64,000 nucleotides of DNA, from NCBI RefSeq assembly GCF_021028975.2, contig NC_059434.1, forward strand, positions 88,722,001 through 88,786,000. The letters are read 5' to 3'. The stretch's first letter is position 1, and the number at the start of each line of letters is the position of its first letter. The notes under the pieces were generated by a model. It was not told the DNA's origin, made no database searches, and saw only the letters and a list, made by a program, of their open reading frames with translations. Positions 12,463 through 27,773 of the stretch are shown here, piece by piece. Source of the DNA: Sphaerodactylus townsendi. Its lineage: Eukaryota. Made by a program: the position numbers and the translations under genes.

Positions 12463-13287
12463 CTAATTTTTGCTTAACGAAGAGAACTTCTGCTTTTAAG
12501 ATAAAGTAAAGGTTTGTAGTCTGGTTCGCTGGCTTTAGTTCAAAGAACAAAACTTGCTTGTATTATGAGATTATAACAGATAAGTCCTAGTGGAGACACA
12601 CCTGCTACTAAATGTTTTAGATAAGCAAAGTCCTGCAAGAACTTTTTAGTCCAGACTCCCTAGTTAGATGCAAGATGTCCCCCACCCCTGCCAATTGCAT
12701 TAATGCATCCTATGTAACCTGCATAGAGTCCCAGTGAAAAACTTGGGAGTATGAGGAACATAAATTGAATATAAAGCTTGTGTTGGGTGCAACAGATGTT
12801 AGTCTTTCAGGTGCCACAAGTTTGGTGAGGGTTTCAGGCAGCTGGGCTGGGGCAGCTCTCCTCTGCCCCTCAAGGCCTGGGAGAAGTGGGGTGGTTTACT
12901 TGACCCTTGTGCGTGTGGCCCCTTCTGCAGGGTCCCAATTCCCCTCTTCTCTGCACTCTCCTGCCCGGTCCCTGCATCAAGCTGTCTTGAGCCGGTGGAT
13001 TCAGCTCCTCTAATCTGTGCCCTGCCAGTGAGTGGCTCCATTTTCCTCCTCTTCACCTGTGACCGCCCACCCACCGCCCTTCCAGCAGGGCTGCCCTTTC
13101 TGCTCCCCTTCCTCCCACCCCTTCTTAAGGCCACTGAGAAGTGGGGAGGGGGACGCACCAGGGAGCCCCAAAGCACGGGGCAGGTGGGTTGTGGGGCAAA
13201 GTGTGTGCCATCCTGCTTAGAGCAGGGGTGTCAAACAAGCGGCTCAGGGGCCAGATCCAGCCACCTTGGAGGGCTAATCAGGCCTGT

Positions 13288-14592
13288 GAATAGAATAGAA
13301 TAGAATCTTTATTGGCCAAGTGTGATTGGACACAAAAGGAATTTGTCTCCGGTGCATATGCTCTCAGTGTACATAAAAGAAAATACATTTGTCAAGAATC
13401 ATAAGGTACAGCACTTAATGATTGTCATATAGGTCTAGTAAGCAATCAGGAAACAATCAATAGTAATAAAAACATAAAATGTAAAATCATAAAATAAAAT
13501 GAAATGTCAGCACAGGCTATAGTCATACAGTCATAATTGGGAGGAGATGGGTAATAGGAATGATGAAAAAAAGCTAGTGCAGTAATTATATAATAAATAT
13601 ATGTAATAAATAGTTTGACATTATCGAGGAATTATTTGTTTTAACAAATTGATGGCATTAGGGGGAAAAAAACTGTTCTTATGTCTGAATTGTCTTGGTG
13701 TGCAGTGCTCTGCTTAGCGACGTTTAGAATTAAAGTTGAAGCAGTTTATGTCAGGATGCGAGGTCCAGTAAATATTTTCACAGCCCTTTTTTGACCCGTG
13801 CAGTATACAGGTCCTCAATGGAAGGTTAGCAGCAATTGTTTTTTCTGCAGTTCTGATTATTCTCTGAAGTCTGTGTCGATCTTGTTGGGTTGCAGAACCA
13901 AACCACACAGTTATAGAGGTGCAGATGACGAACTCAATGATTCCTCTGTAGAACTGTATCAGCAGCTCGCCAGGCAGTTTGAGCTTCCTGAGTTGGCCTT
14001 AGAAAGAACATTCTTTGTTGTGCTTTTGATGTTCCATTTTGATATTAGGTGTCCATTTTAGGTCATAGAGATATGATGGAGCCTAGGAAATTTAAAAGGT
14101 CTCTACTGTTGATACTGTGTTGTCCTGGTATTGTGAGAGGAAGGTAGGATGGGAGGGTTTCTCCTGAAATCTACACCATTTCTCACGGTTTTAAGTGTGT
14201 TCAGTTCTAGATTGTTCCGAAGTGGCACCACGAGGCTAGTTGTTCAACCTGCCTCCGAATGCTGTATGGGTTTCGCCGTTGTCGAATGAGACCAATGCAC
14301 TGTTATCATCATACCAAATTTCAGTATTTTTTTAACAGATGGATGGATTTGAGAGATGCAGTCATTGGTACGCCTGAAGTGGTGAAAATTACACAGCAGA
14401 AGGCCGCCTTCATTTACAGGTGTCTGATGTAATTTTTCCTAGCTTCACCTGCTGTTTTCCTATCTCTGACCCCAGGAAGCTTGGCGATCACTTACAAGAA
14501 ATATGCTCGAGGTACTGCTAGCTGATTTAGTTTGGTTAGAAGAAGAATGTCGGTCTGATAGTATTGGTACTGAACTAAAGTCAACAAAGGAC
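13288..14592 (-). mobile_element. Rex1/Babar-clade LINE, 5'-truncated, indel-ridden, inserted into a hAT MITE remnant
   Basis: WFGSATQQDRHRLQRIIRTAEKTI motif; LFVDFSS at 5' end; (TTCTA)n 3' tail. Confidence 0.85.
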
Positions 14593-15479
14593 CGCCATGG
14601 AGTCTTTAATGAGCCAGCTGAGTCCACGCCCCCTCCATAAATTGGGAGCCCACAGGCCCCATAAGCCCTCCGAAGGGATTCTGGTCATCACTCTGGGGAG
14701 GGAGGTTGCTGCAAGGTCACTAGAGGGGGCAGCCCCCCATCCCCACTACTGCCCATGGCGCTGGCGGGGTTGTCGGGGGCTCTAGGAGGGCTCAGGCGCG
14801 AGTCCTACTGTGCCTGGGAAGCCTACGGCGGGGTCTGGGTCTGGCATTCCCACTGCCCCGGTCTTGGGTGCGCCCCGCGCACAGTTGCGGCTGGTTGCCC
14901 CACTGGCACCCACAGGGGCCCGCTCAGATCCCGGGGGGTGGGGGGGGGACCGGCTCCTGAGCAGACGTGCGGCCTCCTGAAGGGGACCTGTCCTGGTCGG
15001 TGTCTCGCCTGCTCGGGTGGTGCCCCCCCCCACTCCAGCTCCCACTGCCGGGCGAAACGGAGGGGGGCGCCCCCCGGGAGGGAGGTCCGCGGGGCCGCTG
15101 CTGCCATCCCGTCCGGCGGGGCTTCTGCCGTCTCTTCTGGGGCGCCGCCTGCTTTGGAAGAGCGCTGGCGCGGCGCTCCGGGGTGCGGCTGGGGGAGGGC
15201 AGGCTTGCCCCCGCGTGGCCAGGCGGGCAGACTTGGCCTCCCAACGTGGGATTCCACCCTCACGCGACAGACAGGCGCACTCTGCACATGGGCAGAGGGG
15301 CGGGCAGGCGGCTTTCTTGGTACTCCAGCTGCTGCGCCCCGGCCTCTTGTGGGGCGGAGCGGCTCTTCCAGCAACCGCCCCGCATGCACGCGCCCACCCC
15401 CCCCCTTCGCCGATCCAGGCGGGGGAGGGGAGAACGCCCCCCCCCCCTCCCGGTCACGGCTCCTCCTGTAAGCCCGTCG

Positions 15480-17265
<1,786 letters not shown>

Positions 17266-18912
17266 CCGTGGCAGGCTCTGCTTGGCTGACCTTCCCCTTC
17301 CTGCTTCGGAGGAACTGACGTCTGGCCGCCGGCCAGGCTGCAGGGACTGGGGAGCAAGTCATTCACTGTGGAGAATCACCGCCTTAGCACCGACCTTGCC
17401 CTTGGCCGACTCTCGCATCCGCACTGCCCTCCTCCTGCCCAGCCAGCGCGTAGTGCCCCCCCCAACCTCTGTGACCAAAGGTCTGCTGCTCTTCCCGCCC
17501 CGCCCCCCCTAGACCGGCCGGCCGGCCTGCCTTTGTGGGCCTGATGACTTTGGCTGGGAGGGAGGACTGCGGCCACTTCCTCGCCCTGGCTACTGTTGTG
17601 TCTGTGTGTGAGCGTCCCACTGGCTCTGCAACCTTTGGTTCAAGGTGTAGTAATTCCTCCGGGAGCCAGACACCCTGCGCCGCTCCTTCCCGCTCAAACC
17701 TGCACTGGGCCTGCAGACAGCTGGGTGCATCCAAGGGATGGTTCTGGCTGACATGCGCTCCCTCTAGTGAACCGACGAGGCTGGCCGAGGGAGGCTGGCC
17801 TCCCCCCCGCTGCAGCTGGGAGCAGCTGGCCCGGCCTCTGGCTTCCTGGCAACCCTAGCCCTGGCAGAGGGGAGGTCTCTCCACATGTGCTGTTGAGGGC
17901 AGCAGTGTGTGCTTGCTATTAAAGAGATGTGGTCATTCTCAGAGCACCTCGTTTGGATTGTGTCAAAGGGTGTGGGGCACGCAGGGCTGACTGCTGGGGA
18001 AGGGGCACCCCACCCCCACAGGGCAGCTTCCCCTGCGGCTCATGGTCCTCTGGAGAGACGGGGGATTCCTGCAGTCCTTGGCTGGGAGACCAGGGCAGAA
18101 GCAGGCAATGAAAAAGCCGCCTCTGCTCGTCTCTTGCCTTGAACATCCCATGAGGCAGCGGCTCGATGGCCCTTCCCTCTGGCAAGTCAGCGCTTGGCCC
18201 TGCCTGGGGAAGGGGTGGGGGATCATCTTGCTCTTTCCCATTTTGAACCAAAGAGGGACTTTTGCCGCCACCCCCACCAGCTGATGGCCCGGAACACTGA
18301 GCCCCCTCCCCCATGGAGTGAACAACTCTATTTTTAGCAGCTCCTCCTCCAGATCCTATATCCTGGTTCTAGTCCTCTGCCTAGGAAGCAGAATTCTCTT
18401 GGGAACCTGGCAACCCTTCTCCTACTTCCTGTTCTGTCGCACTCGCTACATGGGAAAGGTGGAGGTGCACAGGATTTGGGTAGCTGAGGACAACCTGCCA
18501 GAAGGCATGCAGGGGGTGGAGGCTGGGCTGAAACCCCCAATTATGCAGGCGGGGCTACCCCTTGGCAGTGGAAAATGGGCCCGGAGGTCTCCAGGAGCAG
18601 GACGGGCCTCTTAATCCGGCTGCTGTTTTCCACTAACAGGGACAATCCCGTAACTTTGCCTAGAATTCAACTGCGCCCACGGCCACAGGGCTCAGCCACT
18701 GGAGATGTGAAGGGAAATGAGGTATCCCCTTGCCTCGGATTACACGTTCTACTTCTCTGCCACTGCTGTTCATGCATTCTTTGTCCAGACCTCTCGCTTT
18801 TCTCAATTTTATTCTGTAAGAAAATATTTTGAATTGTTTTTCCCAGCTCATGTCCTACGGAGGGCAGAGCCGCCACGCCAGCCCTGAGCAATCCCTGCCT
18901 GCCCACCCAGTG

Positions 18913-21900
18913 CTAGTATTTCTCAGACATCATCAGCACCACCAGGGCAGACCAGCCTGTGAACGGGTGGCTCCCCTGCCCCTTGCCCGTGCCGTCGTGG
19001 TACTGCTCCCAGAGGTAGCCACTTTCCTGGTACTGCTGAAAGACGTTGCCCACGAGGTTGGCTCGCAGCTCCTGGTAGAGGGAGGCGGCCTCCTGGCGGA
19101 AGGGCCCCTCCTGGCGGCCGTAGTGGTGCAGCGCCCGCACAGCCAGGTAGTTGATGTTGATCCAGATGGCCCCCCGCCAGTAAGGGGGGTCGTGCTCTGT
19201 GTTGTACTTGAGGTAGAGGGGGCTGCTGCGCGAGAGGGAGCGCAGGCCAAAGGGCGTCCATAGCTGCTTCTCGCTGCGCATGTCTGCCAGGAGGGTGCCC
19301 AGGTGTGGCGAATCAGGCCGCAGCAGCTGCAGCAGCAGTGGGAAAAGGCTCACGTAGCCGAGGGCGCCCCCTACAAACTGCAGCCTGGGGGGCTTGCGGA
19401 CCACCCGCAGAAGCCTGGGGGGCGGGAGGGGCTGGCCCGGAGAAGGGGGCCGGGGCTTCTCCCACTCTAAAGCCACTGCCTGGGTGTGGTTGCCGTAGTC
19501 CGCGAAAGTGCTCAGCGCCTTGGCCCAGTGGTGCTGCTCCAGCAGCTGGTTGTCGGCCAGAAGCTTTGCCATGTGCTGGTAATCCCCCGCTGGCTCTCCC
19601 AGATGCACGGCCACCTGCGCCATGACGTCCGAGGCGAGGGCCATCCAGCAGCGAAGGTCCAGGTGGCGCTCCTCCGGCGACGGGTGCGAGGCCCGTGGAT
19701 AGTCATCCAGTCCTGAGGTCAGAGTCTTTGGGTTGAGAAACATCTGCGTGTCCTGGTCGCGTCCATGCCACCGGAAGGTGTAGGGGACCGGTCCAGCTTG
19801 CGTGCGATTGTACCAGTCGTACCAGCTCTGTAAGCGAGGGAAGAGGCTCCGCAGGTAGGGCGCGTCGACCGCGCCCTGCGCGAGGAGCTGCTGCAGCAGC
19901 AAGAAGAACGTGGGGGGGTTCCCTGCACTGCTGTGCTGCACCACGAACTCCGCAGGCACCTTCGTGCGGGCCTCTTCGCCTAGGATCTGCTCTCGAGGAA
20001 TCCAGCCCTCGGCGTTCATGAGGTCGAACCAATGGGCCAGCACCTCGCAGCTCAGGGCGGGATCCCAGCGGCTCAGCAGCAGCTGGTGGAAGCCTTCATC
20101 CCACAGGAAGCCCCGTGGGAAGAAGGAGCGCGACGGCACTGCAGTGAAGAGCGGGCCCTCGGGGTAGGGCTGCGGGAGCTCGCTGTGGGGGGACTGCACC
20201 AGGGAGCGCCCATAGAAGTAGCCCATCCCGCCCAGCATGTTGCTGAAGGCCGCCTTGGCAAAGTCCTGCTCCTGTGCAGAGAAGCCCTTGCGGGCCAGCC
20301 CAAACGCCTCCTCAAAGCGCTGGTCGAAAGCGGCCACGTGGCTGGCCAGCTCTTGCGTCAGCACCTCCCCCACCAGCCGCTCGGCACGATCGGACACGCT
20401 GCCCGACTCAAAGGCCATCTCTAGCCGGCAGGGCAGGGCCACGGTCACCTGGTGGACCACCAGCTGGCTCTGGCGCTCCCTCCCGTCGGGCGGCCCCTGG
20501 TAGGTGTCCACACCAGCATAGCGGCGCTTGGGGCCCCCTGGTGGCGCATACACAAAACGGGGGCTGAGGCTGGCCTTGACCACGTCGCTCAAGCGGTGCA
20601 GGCCCTCAGCCCGAGCGTGGAGGTAGTTGTAGCTGGAGACAGGGAGAGAAGAGCCCCGGTGAGAACGCAGGCAGCCCGTGGCCCCTCTTGCCCACCTCTG
20701 TGCTGGCCCAAGGACTGGCAGGCGGCACAATACCTGGCATAGAGAGGCCCTGTGCCAGCCTCGCTGGTGGGCTGCAGGAAGGTGATGGTGAAGTCCCCCA
20801 GCTCTTCGGTTGTGCCGGTCAGGGAGGCCAGGCGGTTCTTCTCCACCACCAGGGGCCGGAGGATCCCTTGCCCGTCGGTTGCCACATAGAAGAGCAAGGA
20901 AATGAAGGCGGGTGGGGGCCCAGCACTCCTCTGTAGGCAGAAAAAAAAAGGGGGGGCATCAGGTACTCACTACTCCCAGCCAAGGTCGTGCCCAGCGGCC
21001 TCTCTTGTGCCTGAAGACCACCCTTTGAGGAAGAACTGTGGGCCCAGCCCAGGCTTGTGAGTCCCCAAAAGCCACCGGCACGTTTGTGGGCAGGCCCCCT
21101 TTCTCGGCCTGGGGGTGAGTGAGGGCCTTTGCTCCCCTGACGCTCAAGAGCCAGAAGGGAGGGAGGCCTCCTTGCCAGCTGAAGCGCCTGCCCCATAGGA
21201 CACCCCCCCCCCCCGCCAACTCGGAACCTGGAAGAGGAAGCACCCAGCCCTTATCGCCAACACAAGCGACATGTAGCCGGGAGGTTCTGGAAGCTAAATT
21301 TAGGCTGCTAGGAAACAGGTTGAAGTCCAGGACCTCCAAGGTGGCATTCTCAGAAATGCTACCCGTTCCACGCGCAGGGCGAGCTAGGCAAGCGGATATA
21401 CAGGGTCTCAATGCGTGGATGAGAAGGTGGTGTAAGGCAGAGGGTTTCAGATTTGTCAGGAACTGGGGAACCTTTTGGGACAAGGCAGGCCTGTACAAAC
21501 GGGACGGGCTTCATCTTAACCAAAGAGGAACCAGGCTACTGGCGCTCAACATTAAAAAGGTGGCAGAACAGCTTTTAAACTGATCACTGGGGGAAAGCCG
21601 ACAGGAGCTGAGGTGACTTCGGTTCGGAATACAGTATCTATGGGGATGCAGACAGAGAGGGAGGTTTTTCTAAATCAACCACATACAAGCCAGAAACATA
21701 GCAATGTGCATGTGACAAGGGATAGTGTCTACAAAAGACTTGAGGGTAAAGCACATAAATCCCAGGTTAAGGACAGAGACAGGGTATACAGGTGTCTCTA
21801 TGCTAACAGTAGAAGCATTCGACCTAAAATGGGGGAGCTAGAGTACAGAGTTTTGAAGGAGGACTTTGATATAGTGGGCATTACAGAGACATGGTGGAAT

Positions 21901-24900
21901 GAGGAGAACCAGTGGGATGCTGTTATACCAGGCTACAGGCTCTATAGGAAGGATAGGATAGGGCGCATTGGGGTGGAGTTGCCCTTTACATCAAAGAGAG
22001 CATAGTATCACATAAAATAGACAATGCAAGGGGAGCTGGTTCCCCTACAGAATCACTGTGGATATCAATACCAGGTGTGAAGGACAGTTTAATATTAGGA
22101 ATATATTATCGTCCCCCTGACCAAAGTGCACAAGAGGATTCTGAGATGGAAAAAGAAATTAGAGAGGCCAACAAAAACAAAAATGTAGTGGTAATGGGTG
22201 ATTTTAACTATCCCCATATAAACTGGAAAAATGCATGTTCAGGTCATAGTAAGGAGAGAGCATTCCTGGATATGCTAAATGACTGTGGCTTAGAGCAGAT
22301 GGTTGTGGAACCAAGGGGAGAGGTGATCCTAGATCTAATTCTATGTGGGACCCAGGACCTGGTGCAGGAAGTCAGTGTTGTTGAGCCGATAGGGAACAGC
22401 GACCACAATGCTTTCAGATTCAGTATCTCAGCATGCGAACAAGTGGCAACTACTAATGTAGTTACATTCGCCTTCAGAAAGGGAAATTTCTCAAAGATGA
22501 GGGGGATAGTGCGCAGGAAGCTGAAAGGGAAAATCAAGAGAGTCAAAACTGTCCAGGATGCTTGGAGGTTATTTAAAAACACAGTAATAAAAGCTCAGCT
22601 GGAATGTGTTCCACAGGTTAGAAAAGGCAGCACCCAGTCCAAAAGAAAGCCACCATGGTTAACAAGAGAGGTTGAGGAAATTATCAGAAAAAAGAAAATG
22701 TCTTTTAGAAAATGGAAGTCCAACTTAACTGATGAAGAATACCAGAGAGAACACAAATGGTGGCAAAAGAGAAGCAAGTTAGCTGTAAGGGAGGCAAAAA
22801 AGGATTATAAGGAACGCATGGCTGCGAACATCAAGACCAGCAACAAACAGTTCTTCAAGTACATCAAAAGCAGGAAGCCAGCAAGGGAAGCGGTAGGCCC
22901 GTTAGATGACAAAGGAACAAAGGGTGTGCTAAAAGATGGCAGGGAGATTGCAGAGAAGCTGAATGAATTCTTTGCATCTGTCTTCACCCAAGAGGAGGTG
23001 AGGAACATTCCTGCACCTGAACCAAGCTTCTTAGGAGGCGAATCCGAGGAACTAGCGAAGATAGTGGTAGACAAGGAAGAAGTTCTGGCAGCCATTGATA
23101 AACTAAATGTTACCAAATCCCCTGGCCCAGATTGCATTCACCCAAGAGTTCTTAAAGAGCTCAAGCATGAAATTGCTGATCTTCTCACTTTAATATGCAA
23201 CTTATCCCTGAATCAGGCTCCATCCCTGAAGACTGGAAGATGGCCAATGTCACACCAATCTTTAAGAAAGGATCTAGGGGGGACCCGGGAAATTACAGGC
23301 CAGTCAGTTTGACATCTGTTCCTGGTAAATTAGTAGAATCTATCATTAAAGATAAAATTATAAAACATGTAGAAAAGCAAGACCTGCTGAGAAAGAGTCA
23401 GCATGGGTTTTGCAGAGGCAAATCCTGTCTTACAAACTTACTAGAGTTCTTTGAGGGTGTAAACAGGCATGTGGACAGGGGTGAACCGGTGGACATTGTC
23501 TACTTGGATTTCCAAAAGGCTTTTGACAAAGTTCCTCACCAGAGACTGTTGAGAAAACTCAGCAATGAAGGAATAAGAGGGGAAGTCCTCCTATGGATTA
23601 AAAACTGGTTGAGAAACAGGAAACAAAGAGTGGGTGTAAATGGGAAGTTCTCACAATGGAGAGATGTCGGGAGTGGTGTCACCCAAGGATCCGTTTTGGG
23701 ACCAGTGCTCTTTAACCTATTCATAAATGACCTGGAAGTAGGGGTGGGTAGCGTGGTGGCCAAGTTTGCAGATGATACCAAATTATGTAGGGTGGTGATA
23801 ACCACAAAGGATTGCGAAGAGCTCCAAGCGGACCTTGATAAAGTAGGGGAGTGGGCTAAGAAATCGCATATGCAGTTCCATGTAGCCAAATGTAAAGTGA
23901 TGCACATAGGGCAAAAAATCCAAACTTCACATACACGCTTACAGGGGTCAGTGCTATCACCACAGACCAGGAAAGGGATTTGGGCGCCTTAGCTGATAGT
24001 TCCATGGGAATGTCAACTCAATGCACGGCAGCTGTGAAAAGGCAAACTCTATGCTGGGGATCATTAGGAAAGGAATTGAGAATAAAACTGCAAAGATTGT
24101 CATGCCCTTATATAAAGCAGGCGACCGCGACTTGGAGTACTGTGTCCAGTTCTGGTCGCCGCGATCTCAAAAAAAGGATATTGAGGAGATAGAAAAGTGC
24201 AGAGAAGGGCAACAAGGATGATTGAGGGACTGGAGCACCTTTCCCATGAGGAGAGGCTGCAGCGTTTGGGACTCTTTAGTTTGGAGAGGAGGCGGCTAAG
24301 GGGGGATATGATTGAAGTCTATAAAATTATGCATGGGGTAGAAAATGTTGACAGAGAGAAATTTTTCTCTCTTTCTCACAATACTAGAACCAGGGGCATT
24401 CATTGAAAATGCTGGGGGGAAGAATTAGGACTAATAAAAGGAAACACTTCTTCACGCAACGTGTGATTGGTGTTTGGAATATGCTGCCACAGGAGGTGGT
24501 GATGGCCACTAACCTGGATAGCTTTAAAAGGGGCTTGGACAGATTGATGGAGGAGAAGTCGATTTATGGCTACCAATCTTGATCCTCTTTGATCTGAGAT
24601 TGCAAATGCCTTAACAGTCCAGGTGCTCGGGAGCAACAGCCGCAGAAGGCCATTGCTTTCACATCCTACATGTGAGCTCCCAAAGGCACCTGGTGGGCCA
24701 CTGCGAGTAGCAGAGAGCTGGACTAGATGGACTTTGGTCTGATCCAGCTGGCTTGTTCTTATGTTCTTATGACAGATCAACTCCTGCCATCTCAGCCTGC
24801 TGCCCTCTCTAATTCCCCCTCGCCGGGGTCCCTGTGGCTGCCCCGCCCCAGCCCCGCACCTCCGGGCGCGCCGTGACCCTCCAGCTCCAGTCGCCGCCGT

Positions 24901-25509
24901 GCAGGCCGCCGGGCCGCTTGACGAACTCGGTGCGCAGGCGGAGGCCCCGGTCGCGGATCTCCTGCAGGCCGAAGGTGAGGCCGTCGTGGCGCAGCCAGCC
25001 GTAGCCGGCCAGGCGGTCGCTTTGCTCGCACGTGTGGCGCAGCGGCGGCGGCGGCGCCTCCCCCTCCGACGGCAGCAGCCACATCAGCCCTGTGCGGGAG
25101 ACACGAAGGAGCGCAGCGGTGAGAACCGCAGGGGCGGGCGGGGGGGCTCCTCCCTGGCTCCCTTCCTCCGGCGGCGGGGCTGCTGACCTGTCACCGGGGC
25201 GCGCGGGCTGCGCGTCTTCATGCCCAGGTAGACGTGAGGCCGGTAGGAGCCCCAGAAGAGGCCGGGGGCGGCGGCGGCACTGCTGCCGTTTGCGGGCAGG
25301 AGGCGGGCGGCCGGGTGCGGCGTCACGGCCAAGCCCCCGCGCGCCCGCCACAGCCCCCACGCTGCCGCCGCCGCCACCACGCACGCCACGCCCAGCACCG
25401 CCGCCGCCGCCCCCTGCCCCGACCGGCCCCTCCTTGCCGCCGCCCCCCGCGGGCCTCTGTCGTGCGGCCGGGGCCCCTCGGGCACTCTCCGCCGTCGCTC
25501 CCGGGCCAT
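18913..25509 (-). CDS. MOGS: Mannosyl-oligosaccharide glucosidase (ER glucosidase I, GH63), ~822 aa
   Basis: Exons 25509-25188, 25089-24860, 20930-20734, 20632-18913 join in frame. [71 protein letters not shown] (-) at 18808-18813. Confidence 0.98.
21271..24771 (+). mobile_element. Near full-length young CR1 LINE in MOGS intron 2, antisense to MOGS
   Basis: ORF1 SGNH-esterase C-terminus ([15 protein letters not shown]); ORF2 APE endonuclease ([19 protein letters not shown]) and RT ([21 protein letters not shown]) split by a few frameshifts; TTCTTATG tail. Confidence 0.96.
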
Positions 25510-25559
25510 CCCGGCTGCGGCTTCTCCCGCGGAAGGAAGAGGAACCCGCCGCCCCGCCT

Positions 25560-25680
25560 AGGCCGGAAGCGGGGCCGCCACGGCTTGAAGCGCGCCGCCA
25601 CTCCACGTGGCCTTGGCTCTCGGCCCGCCGCCGCCGCGCCCGCCCCGCCGCATGCTGGGAAGTGTAGTTCCTTCCGCGCC
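25560..25680 (-). promoter_or_regulatory. MOGS promoter: ZNF143/THAP11 motif, ETS site and CCACGTGG box
   Basis: Minus strand ACTACACTTCCCAGCATGC at 25651-25669; CCGGAAG at ~25563; CCACGTGG at ~25603. Confidence 0.7.
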
Positions 25681-27773
25681 GACGTTTCCTCCAGACGGGA
25701 GCCCCTCCCTCCCTCCCGCATTCGGTGTGTGGGGGAGGGGAGAGGTCTGCAGTCGCCGCCCCCGATGGCTCTTCAGCCGCGAAGCCAAGAACACGCCGGC
25801 GCAGAGGCCGCCCCGGGGGTGGGGGGTGGGGGGATCGCCTCGCTCGGTTGGCAGCCCGGCTGCGGCCAAGACAGAGGGGGCTTCTCGGGAGTGCGGAGCG
25901 AAAGGCTGCCCCCACCCCCAGGCAACCGGAAAGCACTCCGCGCCTGGGCAGCAGTGCGGGGAGGCGATGCCACTCTGCCCACGTGCCCCGCCCGCTGCTG
26001 ACCCCCAAACCGATGGGAGGGGGGGGAGTCCCGGAAGCAGCTCCTGGGCAGCCTTCAGTCCGCTGGCCCTTCACACCCCCCCGCCCCGCCCTCCTTTTCA
26101 GTGGCCTTGCCAGACGTCAAAGGGGCTGGATTCCCCACCCCAGGCAGGAGGCCGTCTAGAAAGCGGGGGAAGGGAAGTGAGCACCCCAGGGACTGGCGGT
26201 CCAACTGCGCACAGGGCTGCCGGAGGGAGACTTCAGACCACGCCATGCGCTGCCAGCCACAGGAAATGCTCCTTTGCTCCCGGAGGCGTCCACGGCCAGA
26301 GGTTGTTGCGGAAATCCTGGGCACTCGCAGCTTCCAAGGGGGCTAGCCAGAATCAGGGAGGAGAGGAAGCAGGGAAGGGAACCTCCACCTTCAAAGGCAG
26401 TCTACCAGTGCCAGGAGGAGGCTTTAGCCTCTTATGCCTCAGTCTCTGTCCTCCAGAAGACCCCCTGTGACACAGGATGATGGGCCCTCCCTGGCCTGAT
26501 CCCACAGGGCTCTTTTGTCCTGGATTTCTCCCTGCCCTGTGACAGTGTTCTCAGGAGGCCACCCCAGAGGTGCACGAGCATCACTGGCTCGCCCACCCAC
26601 TCGCAGGTCCTGGGGTCAGCCCTGGCCACTGCCTCTCAAAGGGTGGTGGGGCGGGGGAGACAGGACCCCTGCGACGTTCCTGCTCTGCTCTCCCATGACC
26701 CCTCAGCAGCCCCCAGAGGAGCGCCAGGCTTTGTCGGTGGGAAAAGCTCCGGGGGTCCAGAGGGGGCCTTCTTCATAACGTGCCTCCCAAAAGTTCTGAC
26801 AGTCCCCCTTTTTGTACCATGTGTGTGTGTGGGGGGTGCAGAAGCAGGGGCTGGAATGCTGCTTGGACAGACCCCATTTTTTGGGGGGCCACATAGTCCC
26901 TCATGGTCTCTGGCTTCCACATCTGACCGTCTGCAAAGGGCTGCTGTCATCCAAGATCAGTTGGCCCAGGAGGAAAGCCAGCATTTGCTGTCAGGGAACT
27001 CCGGGCTTCTTGGGGCCCTGGGCTCACCTGGCTCAGCCAACCCCCACCCCGCTGACCTAACACATGGCAACCGACAGCCACACAACAAAGAGTTTGAAAT
27101 GGGTGGGGTGTGTGTGTGAAAAGACAAAGCGAGAGTCACCACATCCTTTGGATATATCTTTTATTGCTGCTGGCGCCTCACCCCCTGTGCCTGGCCTGAG
27201 CCCCCCCCCCCCCCCCGCCAGAGCTGGCTCCCCCCCCCCCACACACACCCTGAGCCGAAGGCCCTGAAATATGCCCAACCCCACAAGGAAGAACATTCAT
27301 GTGCACTCCCCTCTCCTGGCAGTTTTTGCGAGCCAAAGGACAGCCCCAGGACTCCCGCCCTTCCCAGGTGATTGTGCGCGGGGGGTGTGGGGGTGTGGCA
27401 GAGTGGGGCCAGGATTGACCCCTGCTTGGGTCAGCTCAAAGACAAAGGTCTGGAAGACACCCCGGCCTGGGAGCAAAGGGGGGGGGCAAGTGACTGGTGT
27501 GGGGGAGGGGGTTTCTGAATGGCCCAGGGCCAGGACCCACTCCAGCTCTGGCTCCGGCCTGCTTGGAGACACAAGGCTCGTTTTCCTTCCTGAGATGTGG
27601 GGCAGGGGGACAAGCCCAGCTAGAAAGCCCCCCCCCCCCACTGCTCTTGTTGCAGGCCACAGGCTTCCTCCCTCCCTCCCAGTTTGGGGACAGGTGGTAG
27701 CTGTTGGCCTGGGGCCAAGCAGGGGATGGTGCTGGTGGGAGAGGGGTCAGAGGTCGGGGTTGCCAGCAACCAA

